From: an uncultured Clostridia bacterium
GTDB taxonomy: Bacteria; Bacillota; Clostridia; UMGS1810
DNA: 64,000 bases
NCBI GenBank assembly: GCA_934463165.1
Contig: CAKSJG010000016.1
Coordinates: forward strand, 1 to 64,000
Reading direction: 5' to 3'
Shown in pieces: positions 1 through 8,891 of the stretch. Below the pieces are notes generated by a model, which worked only from the letters and a program-made list of their open reading frames with translations, was not told where the DNA came from and did not search any database. The translations under genes were made by a program, and so were the position numbers. Within the stretch, counting starts at the first letter, position 1, and each line of letters starts with the position of its first letter.

Positions 1-579
1 TTGGGAATGTTTCGGATTAAACACAGAAGCAACACGGGCAGAGGCAAAATGAACGAGCTTTTCCGCTACGATCAGGTGGCAAGCTATGAGGAATACATAG
101 ATGAAACACCGGCAAGCGAGCCGGGAAAAAATCCTGAATTTAAGGAATGCGGATTAAAAATCAAGCTTTTGGGCGGAAATATGAGCAAGGTGAATACAGA
201 CAACAAAAAAGGTCTTCGTCCTCATCCGTATATCAAGCGGGAGCTTAAAATCTGTTTCAGCAAAAATAATCGTTCGGACGCACAGTATGCACATAATGCC
301 AAATGCAAGTTTGATTATATTTTCGGCGTTCACGATGATGAAAGAGGCTTGTTCGGATTTGGCAGAAGCAAGGCGGAAAAAAGAGAGGATGCGGCAGCGA
401 TTGGAATGGCGGCGGCATTCGGAACGGCTTTTAAGGCTGCAACAAAAGGTGAGGAAGCTATAACGGAGGCGGACAAAGAAAAACTGAAGGAAGGCATAAA
501 TGCCATGAATGACGCAGCGACCGGCGGCATGGCGGTTTACACAAGACGCGCGGACGATGCGGAAGCCAAAATAAAGTAA
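1..579 (+). CDS. Hypothetical protein, 5'-truncated at the window edge (ORF runs from position 1 to the stop at 577-579).
   Basis: Open frame from the window start. Ala/Lys-rich C-terminus. No recognisable motif. A RBS plus start for the next gene follows immediately. Confidence 0.35.
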   Translation: MGMFRIKHRSNTGRGKMNELFRYDQVASYEEYIDETPASEPGKNPEFKECGLKIKLLGGNMSKVNTDNKKGLRPHPYIKRELKICFSKNNRSDAQYAHNAKCKFDYIFGVHDDERGLFGFGRSKAEKREDAAAIGMAAAFGTAFKAATKGEEAITEADKEKLKEGINAMNDAATGGMAVYTRRADDAEAKIK

Positions 580-594
580 TTGGAGGTGCGAAAC

Positions 595-1779
595 GTGAAA
601 AAATTATCGTTATTGCTTGCAGCACTGCTGATTTTAAGCAGCACTGTTGTTTGTGCGGAAATGGAAACATTCAAATCGGCAGACGGTGTGTATGAATATA
701 CCGGCGATGGAGTAATTACCGCTTATTATGGTGATGAAATCGCTGACTTCCCGGCAGAAATAGACGGGACAAAAATTCATGAAATCGGCGTTATGGCATG
801 TCTTGACCTCAATCTTAAATTTATATCGATTGATGATGGAATCGAAACAATCAATACAAATGCTTTTGAGGGCTGCAATGCCGAATACGCATATATTCCG
901 GCAACCGTGAATTATGTTGGGGAACGCGCCTTTGCAAACTGTGCAAATCTTGAGGAATTTACAATATGCTCGGAAAACACAGTCTTTGACCGTGATGCCT
1001 TTACAGGTACGGGGTATATTAAGTTTGATATACCATGCACGGCGGACGAACATGCGATGTACGAAAAAATATACGATGCAAAGGGAAACGGATATTTTGA
1101 GTTTTCAACCATGCACACCGCCCTTGTTGAGAGTATGGAAGAAAAGGATATATACGGGGCAAACATGATTTACTGCAACGACTGCGGTTTTAAAGGAAGT
1201 AAGTATTTGGGCGCAACGCCGCTGCCGTTTGCCGATGTATCGGCAGATGCATGGTATTATTCTTATGTGCAGACATCTTATGAATTCGGCATTATAAGAG
1301 GAAAAAGTGAAACGGAATTTGATCCGGATGCCGGTCTGACCTGTGCGGAAGCGGCAAAAATTGCGGCGGTAATTCATGACAAGAACCGTTATGACCGTGA
1401 GGAGCAGGGATTTGTTCTTACCGGTGAAAATTGGTATGACGCTTATGTGAGCTATTGCTATGATAACGGAATAATTGAGGATTATGTCGTTTTCGACTGG
1501 GATAAAAACGCAACGCGTGCGCAGATGGCATATCTGTTTTCGCGGTGCGACGTCAGTCCGTATTTCATAAATGATGTTCCGATAACAGATATTCCCGACG
1601 TTTATGATACAACACCGTTTGCCTATGAAATTTTAGACCTTTACAATAAAGGAATTGCAGTGGGGAGCGATGAATATATGGCATTCTACCCAGATGCACA
1701 GGTTAAACGGAGCGAAGCTGCAGCACTGATTTCGAGAATTATTTGCTACGATATGAGGATTGAATTGCCGAAAGGGTGA
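595..1779 (+). CDS. Secreted cell-surface protein: leucine-rich-repeat (BspA-like) region plus C-terminal SLH-like domain.
   Basis: GTG start at 595 preceded by GGAGGTG (583-589). Signal peptide KKLSLLLAALLILSSTVVCA. Repeated 'I..IG..AF..C..L..' LRR-like units. C-terminal 'FADVSADAWYYSYV..GIIRGKSETEFDPDAGLTCAEAAKIAA' fits the S-layer-homology motif. Confidence 0.6.
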   Translation: MKKLSLLLAALLILSSTVVCAEMETFKSADGVYEYTGDGVITAYYGDEIADFPAEIDGTKIHEIGVMACLDLNLKFISIDDGIETINTNAFEGCNAEYAYIPATVNYVGERAFANCANLEEFTICSENTVFDRDAFTGTGYIKFDIPCTADEHAMYEKIYDAKGNGYFEFSTMHTALVESMEEKDIYGANMIYCNDCGFKGSKYLGATPLPFADVSADAWYYSYVQTSYEFGIIRGKSETEFDPDAGLTCAEAAKIAAVIHDKNRYDREEQGFVLTGENWYDAYVSYCYDNGIIEDYVVFDWDKNATRAQMAYLFSRCDVSPYFINDVPITDIPDVYDTTPFAYEILDLYNKGIAVGSDEYMAFYPDAQVKRSEAAALISRIICYDMRIELPKG

Positions 1780-1784
1780 TTAAG

Positions 1785-2324
1785 GTGAGGCTGATGAAAG
1801 TAATTGCGATATTTACGGTTATTGCCGGTCTTTTCGGATGCAGGACTCCCGGAGAAGAACCTTTTATGCTGGACGGACCGGGCATGGTGTATGTTGACAG
1901 TGAGCATCGTACAGAATACGCAAATACTCTTCCGTTCGATGAAATCGACGACTATCCCTATTGGGCGGTCGCATACCTCGGAGAGGGAGATGAGGGTGAA
2001 AAAGCAACAAAGGAGTATGCAGAAAAACTTTTTTCAGAACTTTCAGAGGAAAAACGCCAAGCAATAAGCCATTACGATTACGGCGGAGAAAAATGGTATC
2101 TTGTTATTCCGCGGTACGGAGATGAAAACGAGCTGATTCAAAACGGTGATAAGAAAAATTCGCAAAAAGTATATGACGGCACACCGTATATTATAAACTG
2201 CGGCGTCGATGTTGAAATTTATATCGTTATGCGCGGCGGACATAAAATCACGCTTGATACAGATGAAAACGGCAAGCTGATATGTACACCCGATATATGG
2301 GATATATCAGAGTTTAAAAAATAA
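1785..2324 (+). CDS. Small lipoprotein of unknown function; first gene of a tight five-gene operon.
   Basis: Lipobox 'AGLFGC' after a hydrophobic h-region. Candidate starts are GTG 1776, GTG 1785 and ATG 1794, with RBS AAAGGG at 1771-1776. Confidence 0.5.
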   Translation: MRLMKVIAIFTVIAGLFGCRTPGEEPFMLDGPGMVYVDSEHRTEYANTLPFDEIDDYPYWAVAYLGEGDEGEKATKEYAEKLFSELSEEKRQAISHYDYGGEKWYLVIPRYGDENELIQNGDKKNSQKVYDGTPYIINCGVDVEIYIVMRGGHKITLDTDENGKLICTPDIWDISEFKK

Positions 2325-2348
2325 AATAATTGAGAGGAGAACAGAATT

Positions 2349-3671
2349 ATGGGACTTTTAAAAGCAGGCGTAGGGGCGTTCGGCGGCGTTTTAGCTGATC
2401 AGTGGAGAGAATTTTTCTACTGCGAAAGCTTAGACGCAGACACACTTGTGGCAAAAGGCGAAAAAAGGGTTGGAAAAAGAAGCTCCAACAAAAAGGGAGA
2501 CGACAACATTATTTCAAACGGCTCAATCATTTCGGTAAATGAAGGGCAGAGCATGGTTATTGTGGAATCGGGCAAAATTGTTGAATTCTGCGCAGAAGCC
2601 GGAGAATTTGTCTACGATAATTCCACAGAACCGAGTATTTTCTGCGGCAGCTTAGGCGAAAGCATTAAGCGAAGCTTTCAGCAGGTAGGCAAGCGTTTTA
2701 CTTTCGGAGGCGAACCGGGAAAGGATCAGAGGGTTTATTACTTTAACACAAAGGAAATAACGGGAAATAAATTCGGGACTTCTTCACCTGTACCTTTCAG
2801 GGTAACAATAGATGAGTCTATGAATTATAAGCTGTCGGTGGATTTAAGGTGCAACGGCGTGTATTCCTATAAAATAGCAGACCCTGTTATGTTTTATACA
2901 AATGTAAGCGGTAATGTGGAATACGTATACAGCCGCTCGGAAATCGACGAAATGTTAAAGAGTGAACTGTTGGATGCTCTCAGACCCGCATTTGCACAAA
3001 TTTCGGCAATGAAAATAATGTATTCCGAAATACCGGCGCATACAAAGGAGGTTACAAAGGCTCTTTCCGAGGAGCTTAAAGTTGAGTGGAAGGAAAAACG
3101 CGGAATTGAGCTTTTTGCAGTAAGCATTAACGGCGTATCTATCCCTGAGGATCAGAGAAAGAAGATTACCGAGTGGGAGGAAAACGTTATGACAACCAAC
3201 CCGAATATTGCGGCGGCACGCATTGTCGGCGGGCAGACAGACGCTATGCGAACTGCTGCGGCAAACGAAGGCGGAATGGGTGCAATGGGCGGCTTTTTCG
3301 GAATGTCTATGGCGCAGAATGCAGGCGGCATGAATGCCGGCAATCTTTTTGCAATGGGGCAGCAACAGCAGCCTCAACAACAGTCACAGCAGCCGCAATC
3401 GGCAAGCTGGGCCTGTGAATGCGGTCAAATGGGCAATATCGGAAAATTCTGTATGAATTGCGGAAAGCCGCAACCCCAAACGGACGGCTGGACCTGTTCG
3501 TGCGGTACAACAAACAAGGGCAAATTCTGTCAAAATTGCGGAAGTCCGAAGCCTGCGGGTGCACCGCTTTATAAATGCGACAAATGCGGCTGGGAACCTC
3601 AGGATCCGCATAATCCGCCGAAATTCTGTCCGGAATGCGGCGACATATTTGATGATAATGATAAACAATAA
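2349..3671 (+). CDS. SPFH/band-7-like ('virion core protein'-like, COG4260-type) protein with Gln-rich linker and four C-terminal zinc-ribbon (CxxC...CxxC) repeats.
   Basis: RBS GAGGAG 10 nt upstream of ATG 2349. N-terminus MGLLKAGVGAFGGVLADQWREFF is typical of YdjI-like SPFH proteins. C-terminus carries CECG..CMNCG, CSCG..CQNCG, CDKCG, CPECG repeats. Q-rich tract QQQQPQQQSQQPQ. Confidence 0.6.
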   Translation: MGLLKAGVGAFGGVLADQWREFFYCESLDADTLVAKGEKRVGKRSSNKKGDDNIISNGSIISVNEGQSMVIVESGKIVEFCAEAGEFVYDNSTEPSIFCGSLGESIKRSFQQVGKRFTFGGEPGKDQRVYYFNTKEITGNKFGTSSPVPFRVTIDESMNYKLSVDLRCNGVYSYKIADPVMFYTNVSGNVEYVYSRSEIDEMLKSELLDALRPAFAQISAMKIMYSEIPAHTKEVTKALSEELKVEWKEKRGIELFAVSINGVSIPEDQRKKITEWEENVMTTNPNIAAARIVGGQTDAMRTAAANEGGMGAMGGFFGMSMAQNAGGMNAGNLFAMGQQQQPQQQSQQPQSASWACECGQMGNIGKFCMNCGKPQPQTDGWTCSCGTTNKGKFCQNCGSPKPAGAPLYKCDKCGWEPQDPHNPPKFCPECGDIFDDNDKQ

Positions 3672-3695
3672 AAGAATCAGGAGGAATTCGGTATT

Positions 3696-4868
3696 ATGAA
3701 AAAGCTATTAGCATTGATTTTGACAATCGGAATGATATTCACACTCGCAGCGTGCGGAGGAGACAAGAACGGAAGCGGCGGGCAGCAAGCCGGGGGTTCT
3801 GAAAAGATTGACTACGCAAATATGACAGAGGACGATCTGATCAAGAAATTCATCAAAGATGAAAAGAATATAACCTTGGACGAATTTATAAATCTTGCTT
3901 CCACATATTCATATACAACAATCAACGATAAGCTTGAGCTTGATGAAAATATAACAGATAAAGCAATCAAGAAGCTTAAGGATAACAAGGCGACGCTCCC
4001 TGCGGCAAAGGAATTTGTCGAGCCGCTTCTGAAAAGCGATTCACCGCAGGTAAGGGGCTATGCTTTTTCAAATATCGCCACGTTTTTTGGGGCAAGTGAT
4101 TCGCATAAAGCGGCGGCAAAGAAGATTCTGAAAACCGAAAAAGAGCCGTACGTTATTAAACGCGCGGTAAAAGCTCTTGGCAACGAAGGCGGCAGGGATG
4201 CGGAAATCGGCAAATTCCTGCTTGACGCGGCAAAGAATGAAAATGCAGTTGTAAGAAGGCAGGCGGCGGTTGCTCTCGGAAGCACATGGAACAAAACTCT
4301 TGACGGCGCAGTGGACGCAGAAATCAAGCTGATGAAGGATTCGGATAACGAAGTTCGGAAAGCGGCATATGAGTATGCCGGCATACTCGGTGATGACAGG
4401 GTGGTTGCGCCTATCTCGGAAATGCTGAAAAACGATGCTGACGCAGACCTTCATTCAAGCGGTGTAAGAGGACTTGTTTGGCTGTGGTACGATTATCCGT
4501 CGCACAAAAATACAAGCGAAGCGGCATACAGGGCTACAATAGACTATCTCAAAACTACACCGGGCAGCAACAAGGTTCCCGCATGGGCAGCTGTGACAAG
4601 CTTTACAAACAAATCTAATCAGAATTATGCATCATGGAGGGAAAGAGCAACGTATTTTAATACGGATGAACTTTATGAGGTTATGCTCGGGCTTGTTAAA
4701 AACGAAAACTTAAGCCACCTGGCACGCGGCTATGCCTGCAAGCCTGTTGCGGCTCACTGCTCAAAAGAGCAGTTTGAGGCGTTTGGCGAGGTTGTAAATG
4801 CTCTTACCGATAAGAATGCGAAATTTATACAGGGCGAGTATCAAAATCAGGCAAAAAAGCTTGAATAG
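3696..4868 (+). CDS. HEAT/armadillo-repeat lipoprotein.
   Basis: AGGAGG RBS. Lipobox LAACGG. Repeated '..VRR.AA.ALG../..EVRKAAYEYAGILGD' HEAT-like units. Confidence 0.6.
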   Translation: MKKLLALILTIGMIFTLAACGGDKNGSGGQQAGGSEKIDYANMTEDDLIKKFIKDEKNITLDEFINLASTYSYTTINDKLELDENITDKAIKKLKDNKATLPAAKEFVEPLLKSDSPQVRGYAFSNIATFFGASDSHKAAAKKILKTEKEPYVIKRAVKALGNEGGRDAEIGKFLLDAAKNENAVVRRQAAVALGSTWNKTLDGAVDAEIKLMKDSDNEVRKAAYEYAGILGDDRVVAPISEMLKNDADADLHSSGVRGLVWLWYDYPSHKNTSEAAYRATIDYLKTTPGSNKVPAWAAVTSFTNKSNQNYASWRERATYFNTDELYEVMLGLVKNENLSHLARGYACKPVAAHCSKEQFEAFGEVVNALTDKNAKFIQGEYQNQAKKLE

Positions 4869-4889
4869 CCACAGAACGGAGGAATGACT

Positions 4890-5732
4890 ATGAAAAAAAC
4901 AATCGGCGTTATACTGATCATAGGAGGATTGCTCTTTGCTTCGCTTGCCGTAAAAGCTCTTGTGACAGCGCCGCAGTCCTACGAGAAAATCAGAGCTGCG
5001 CAAACGATTGGTGACGGCAAAATTCTTCCCGAAAACGAAGGAAAGCTTGTGGTTGTTTCGGGAACTCTTAAACCGGCCGAACAGCTTCAGGATCCCATAA
5101 CGGGCGTTAAGCTCCCGGGGGTAACGGCAAAAAGAACGGTTTGGACTTATAAACAGGATACCGGCAGCGGTGATGAAAAAGTGTGGGACTGGCATCCGGA
5201 GAATAGAGACTACAGCGAAAAGGCAAATTTCGGAATAAATGCCGAGATACTTACAACAACAATGCTTGCCGCACCTACCCTGCTCGGTGAGTTTAAGGTA
5301 GAAGGCAAGCTGCTCAATCCGCTTATAAGAAACACAGAATTTACGCAATATGACGAAGAGAGCCTTAATGCGGGCTGGAAAGTACTTTCGGGTGGAAAAG
5401 AAAGCCGCAGCTGCGTTTCAAAAGAACATTATTTGCCCAAAAAAACAAAGGGCATGTACTCAACGACGGGATATGGATCTCAAAAAATATCCTACGGTAT
5501 TGTTTCGCCGGATGATCCGCTTGAATATACGATTGTCGGCGTACAAAAAGGCGATACCCTGATAAAGAGCGAAGATGTAGATTCGGTTACAACCGTTAAG
5601 GGAATTATGACGGCGGAAGAATTTGCCGAGGAGAACAAAAAAGGTGTGCGCGGCGGATCGATTTTCGGCCTAATAGCCGGTATACTGCTTGCGGTAATCG
5701 GTGTTGGCATGATGGCATTTCGGAGGCAGTAA
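4890..5732 (+). CDS. Membrane protein with N- and C-terminal transmembrane helices and a large extracytoplasmic middle domain.
   Basis: GGAGGA RBS. ATG 4884 sits too close to the RBS, so ATG 4890 is the likely start. Hydrophobic segments at both ends. 15-nt gap to the previous gene. Confidence 0.5.
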   Translation: MKKTIGVILIIGGLLFASLAVKALVTAPQSYEKIRAAQTIGDGKILPENEGKLVVVSGTLKPAEQLQDPITGVKLPGVTAKRTVWTYKQDTGSGDEKVWDWHPENRDYSEKANFGINAEILTTTMLAAPTLLGEFKVEGKLLNPLIRNTEFTQYDEESLNAGWKVLSGGKESRSCVSKEHYLPKKTKGMYSTTGYGSQKISYGIVSPDDPLEYTIVGVQKGDTLIKSEDVDSVTTVKGIMTAEEFAEENKKGVRGGSIFGLIAGILLAVIGVGMMAFRRQ

Positions 5733-5734
5733 AA

Positions 5735-6310
5735 ATGAAGATGAACAAAAAAATATTTTCGGGCGGCGGAACATACATTTCAAGAGTGGCAATTGCAAGG
5801 CTTACATTAAAGAAGCACATACAAATGATTATAGGCGGATTCTTCACGGCGGTTTTTCTGTTTGGAATTATTTCGGGGGTTACGGGGTATAACGAAAAAC
5901 TTCGTGATAACCTGATTACCAATATAGTCATGATTATTCCGTCCGCACTCCTCCTGTTAAACGGCATTAAAAATGGCGCAACGGCGGCGCGTGCATATCG
6001 ATATAACTCAATCTTCATGTGCGATACTGACGGCACGGTGACAATCAATGAGCTTTCAAAGCAGTCCGGAAAGCCGCCGTTCAAGGTGCTTTCCGAGCTT
6101 GAGAAGCTTTTCGAAAAAGGAGTATTCTGTGAATGTACTTTGCAAAAGCAGGGATCTCCGTGCGTTATTCTTTCGGGACGCGAGGGAAGCAAAACAGGCT
6201 TTGTCAATGTTGTGTGCGAAAAGTGCAACGGTACAACAAGAATCCGCGTCGGAAGCTCAGGCAAATGCGAGTATTGCGGTAACGCAATCTCAAGCCGAAA
6301 TACCGAATAA
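5735..6310 (+). CDS. Membrane protein (two TM helices) with C-terminal Cys4 zinc-ribbon.
   Basis: ATG 2 nt after the previous stop. Hydrophobic helices, then CEKCNG...CEYCG. Confidence 0.5.
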   Translation: MKMNKKIFSGGGTYISRVAIARLTLKKHIQMIIGGFFTAVFLFGIISGVTGYNEKLRDNLITNIVMIIPSALLLLNGIKNGATAARAYRYNSIFMCDTDGTVTINELSKQSGKPPFKVLSELEKLFEKGVFCECTLQKQGSPCVILSGREGSKTGFVNVVCEKCNGTTRIRVGSSGKCEYCGNAISSRNTE

Positions 6311-6646
6311 ATATAAAATCCAAAAGAAGGGAGATGTAAAGTCATACCGAAAAATATTAACGCAGACGAATAAATCAACAATTCGCATTATGCTGTTATT
6401 TAATCCGGCACATTCCGACAAATTTTGCGGAAGAATGTAAGTAACACATTAAAAGCAGGATATAAATATGGGAAATGAGCATAATGATTACGGAAATGGT
6501 TTTTACTACTGCACAAGCCCGGTCTTTTTACAAAATCTCCCGTGTTTTCGGATGCGGTATCGAAGATATACTTTAAAATCTCATGAAATAAAAAGTGTAA
6601 AATCAGGCATCGTACTTTTGTGCAATTTTAACGAAATTTTAAAAAA

Positions 6647-6679
6647 ACACCAATTATTCGAAAATTGGTGTTTTTTTTT
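6647..6679 (+). terminator. Rho-independent terminator (stem ACACCAATT/AATTGGTGT, T9 tail).
   Basis: Perfect 9-bp stem, 8-nt loop, followed by TTTTTTTTT. Preceded by an A-run, so possibly bidirectional. Confidence 0.6.
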
Positions 6680-6691
6680 GCTTAAAAACTA

Positions 6692-6763
6692 TTGCAAAAT
6701 CCCAAAAAATAGTATATAATCATATAAAAGTGGTGGAAAGTGGAACTAAGTGGTATAAAGTGG
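6692..6763 (+). promoter_or_regulatory. Candidate Pmra promoter plus MraZ operator: four AAGTGG direct repeats on an exact 10-bp period.
   Basis: -35 TTGCAA (6692-6697), 17-nt spacer, -10 TATAAT (6715-6720). AAGTGG at 6728-6733, 6738-6743, 6748-6753 and 6758-6763. The array lies 38 nt upstream of mraZ. MraZ is known to bind GTGG-type direct repeats with 10-nt phasing. Confidence 0.7.
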
Positions 6764-6800
6764 TAAATGTTTCATGAATTTTTGAAGAAAGGAGAGAAAA

Positions 6801-7235
6801 ATGATGTTCAGCGGAGAATACAGACATACCTTAGACGCCAAAGGCAGAATCATTATGCCTGCAAAATTTCGTGATGCACTCGGTGAAAAATTCGTTGTAA
6901 CAAAAGGTCTCGATAAGAACCTCCTTGTTTTCGGTGCCGAGGAATGGCAAAAATTCTATGAAAAGCTGAGCACTCTTCCTCTTGCAAACAAAAATTCGCG
7001 TGCTTTTTCTCGTCTGTTTTTGGCGGGCGCAACAGAATGCGAGACAGATAAGCAGGGCAGAATCCTTATTACGGCTCCGCTCAAGGCATATGCGTCTCTC
7101 ATTAAAGATGTTGTCATAATCGGTAACGGAAATAAAGTTGAGATCTGGAGCAGTGAAAACTGGGATGAATATATTTTCGGAATTGATACCGATGAAATTG
7201 CCGATAATCTTTGTGACCTCGGAATAATGATTTAA
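6801..7235 (+). CDS. mraZ: Transcriptional regulator MraZ.
   Basis: [24 protein letters not shown]..., i.e. duplicated MraZ fold motifs. First gene of the dcw cluster. AAAGGAGAG RBS. Confidence 0.9.
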   Translation: MMFSGEYRHTLDAKGRIIMPAKFRDALGEKFVVTKGLDKNLLVFGAEEWQKFYEKLSTLPLANKNSRAFSRLFLAGATECETDKQGRILITAPLKAYASLIKDVVIIGNGNKVEIWSSENWDEYIFGIDTDEIADNLCDLGIMI

Positions 7236-7248
7236 GGGGGAAGCAAGG

Positions 7249-8181
7249 TTGGAATTCAGGCATGTATCGGTTTTGCTTAAAGAATCCGTTGACTCTCTTA
7301 AAATCCGCAGCGGAGGCATATATGCCGACGGAACACTCGGCGGCGGCGGTCACAGCCTTGAAATACTAAAAAGGCTTTCCGGCAGCGGAATGCTTATCGG
7401 AACAGACCGAGACGCAGATGCGATTTCTGCGGCAAAGGAGCGCCTTTCAGGCTATGATAACATAAAATACATACACAGTAATTTTTCGAATATCAAGGCG
7501 ATTCTGGAGCGTGAGGGCATAGATCATCTTGACGGTGCGGTTATAGACCTCGGCGTTTCGTCTTATCAGCTTGACTGTGCCGAAAGAGGCTTTTCGTATA
7601 TGGCGGATGCTCCGCTTGATATGAGAATGAACAAAGATGATGCCTTAAGCGCATACGATGTTGTAAATACATATGAAGAAAGTCGTCTGATAAAGATATT
7701 TTATGAATACGGCGAAGAAAAATTTGCTCCGAGGATTGCATCGTTTATAGTCCGAGAGAGAGAAGGAAAACCGATAGAAACCACGCTTGAGCTTTCGGAT
7801 ATAATAAAGCGCGCCGTTCCCGATAAATTTAAAAAGAACGGTTCGCATCCTGCAAAAAGGGTGTTTCAGGCGATAAGAATAGAGGTCAACGGCGAGCTTG
7901 CAGGCTTAAGAAAATCTCTTGAAGATTTTTTTGACGTTTTGTCACCCGGCGGCAGACTTGCGGTAATAACCTTTCATTCACTTGAAGACAGAATAGTAAA
8001 ACAGACCTTTGCTTCATTTGCAAAGGGGTGCACATGCCCGAAGGACTTCCCCGTGTGTATATGCGGCAATAAACCCAAAGGCACGATAATAACGCGCAAG
8101 CCGATTCTTCCGTCGGACGAAGAGATGTCGGTTAATAAAAGGTCCAAAAGCGCCAAACTCAGAGTGGCGGAAAAACTCTGA
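7249..8181 (+). CDS. rsmH: 16S rRNA (cytosine1402-N4)-methyltransferase RsmH (MraW).
   Basis: TTG start after AAGGGGG. SAM motif [10 protein letters not shown]. Conserved position after mraZ. Confidence 0.9.
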   Translation: MEFRHVSVLLKESVDSLKIRSGGIYADGTLGGGGHSLEILKRLSGSGMLIGTDRDADAISAAKERLSGYDNIKYIHSNFSNIKAILEREGIDHLDGAVIDLGVSSYQLDCAERGFSYMADAPLDMRMNKDDALSAYDVVNTYEESRLIKIFYEYGEEKFAPRIASFIVREREGKPIETTLELSDIIKRAVPDKFKKNGSHPAKRVFQAIRIEVNGELAGLRKSLEDFFDVLSPGGRLAVITFHSLEDRIVKQTFASFAKGCTCPKDFPVCICGNKPKGTIITRKPILPSDEEMSVNKRSKSAKLRVAEKL

Positions 8182-8195
8182 AAAATAATTACGAG

Positions 8196-8693
8196 GTGAA
8201 AACGTTGTCCGCAAAATATTATGATGGCACGTCAGCTTATAAAATAGAAGAATATTATAACTACACCGACAAATACGAAAAGAAAAACAAAAAAAGTATT
8301 CGTCCGCATCCAAAACGTGCATTAGGGCTCAACAAGAAAAAGCTTGCGGCGCTCATAATCTCTGTATTTGCAGTTGCAATAGGTTATCTGTATGCCAATG
8401 CGGTTTTGATAGAATCAGCAACGGAGGTCAGCGATTTAACCGATAAGCTGCAAAACGCAAAAGATACAAATACACAGCTTTCGTTTGACATCACATCGGG
8501 AGTTGATCTTTCAGATGTAAAGAAAAAGGCGGAAACGAAATTCGGAATGCAGCGTCCGGAAGATTATCAGAATGTTTATGTGGATGTCGTTCAGAACGAT
8601 TATGCCGAGATTTCGGGTAAAAAGAGTGAAACCGGCGGAATACTTGATAAAATGATAACGGCGCTCAGCTCGTTCCTTGCATATATTAAATGA
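8196..8693 (+). CDS. ftsL: Cell division protein FtsL-like (single TM helix plus coiled-coil).
   Basis: GTG start. Basic N-terminus, TM LAALIISVFAVAIGYLY, then coiled-coil. Position between rsmH and the PBP gene. Confidence 0.65.
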   Translation: MKTLSAKYYDGTSAYKIEEYYNYTDKYEKKNKKSIRPHPKRALGLNKKKLAALIISVFAVAIGYLYANAVLIESATEVSDLTDKLQNAKDTNTQLSFDITSGVDLSDVKKKAETKFGMQRPEDYQNVYVDVVQNDYAEISGKKSETGGILDKMITALSSFLAYIK

Positions 8694-8891
8694 CAGCATA
8701 ATAACATATATAAAGTGACTTTAATTTATTTCATCTGTTCTTTCCGGCAGCAATCCGCGGTATGACGTTTTACGGTGCCGTATATTTCGGCGCGGTATAT
8801 TAATGGGACAGATGATTTTTCCGTATAATGGAGATGTGTCTTTTTTCGTCAGTTTATGACAGATCCGAATGGTAAAAAGGAGTTATCATAT

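Noticed and set aside
5605-6381. 258-aa minus-strand ORF
   Set aside because: Antisense to two well-supported plus-strand operon genes. No RBS.
6468-6719. 83-aa ORF with a weak RBS upstream of the mraZ promoter
   Set aside because: It reads straight through a strong rho-independent terminator hairpin (6647-6679) and the predicted Pmra -35/-10 elements. It has no recognisable motifs. More likely non-coding.
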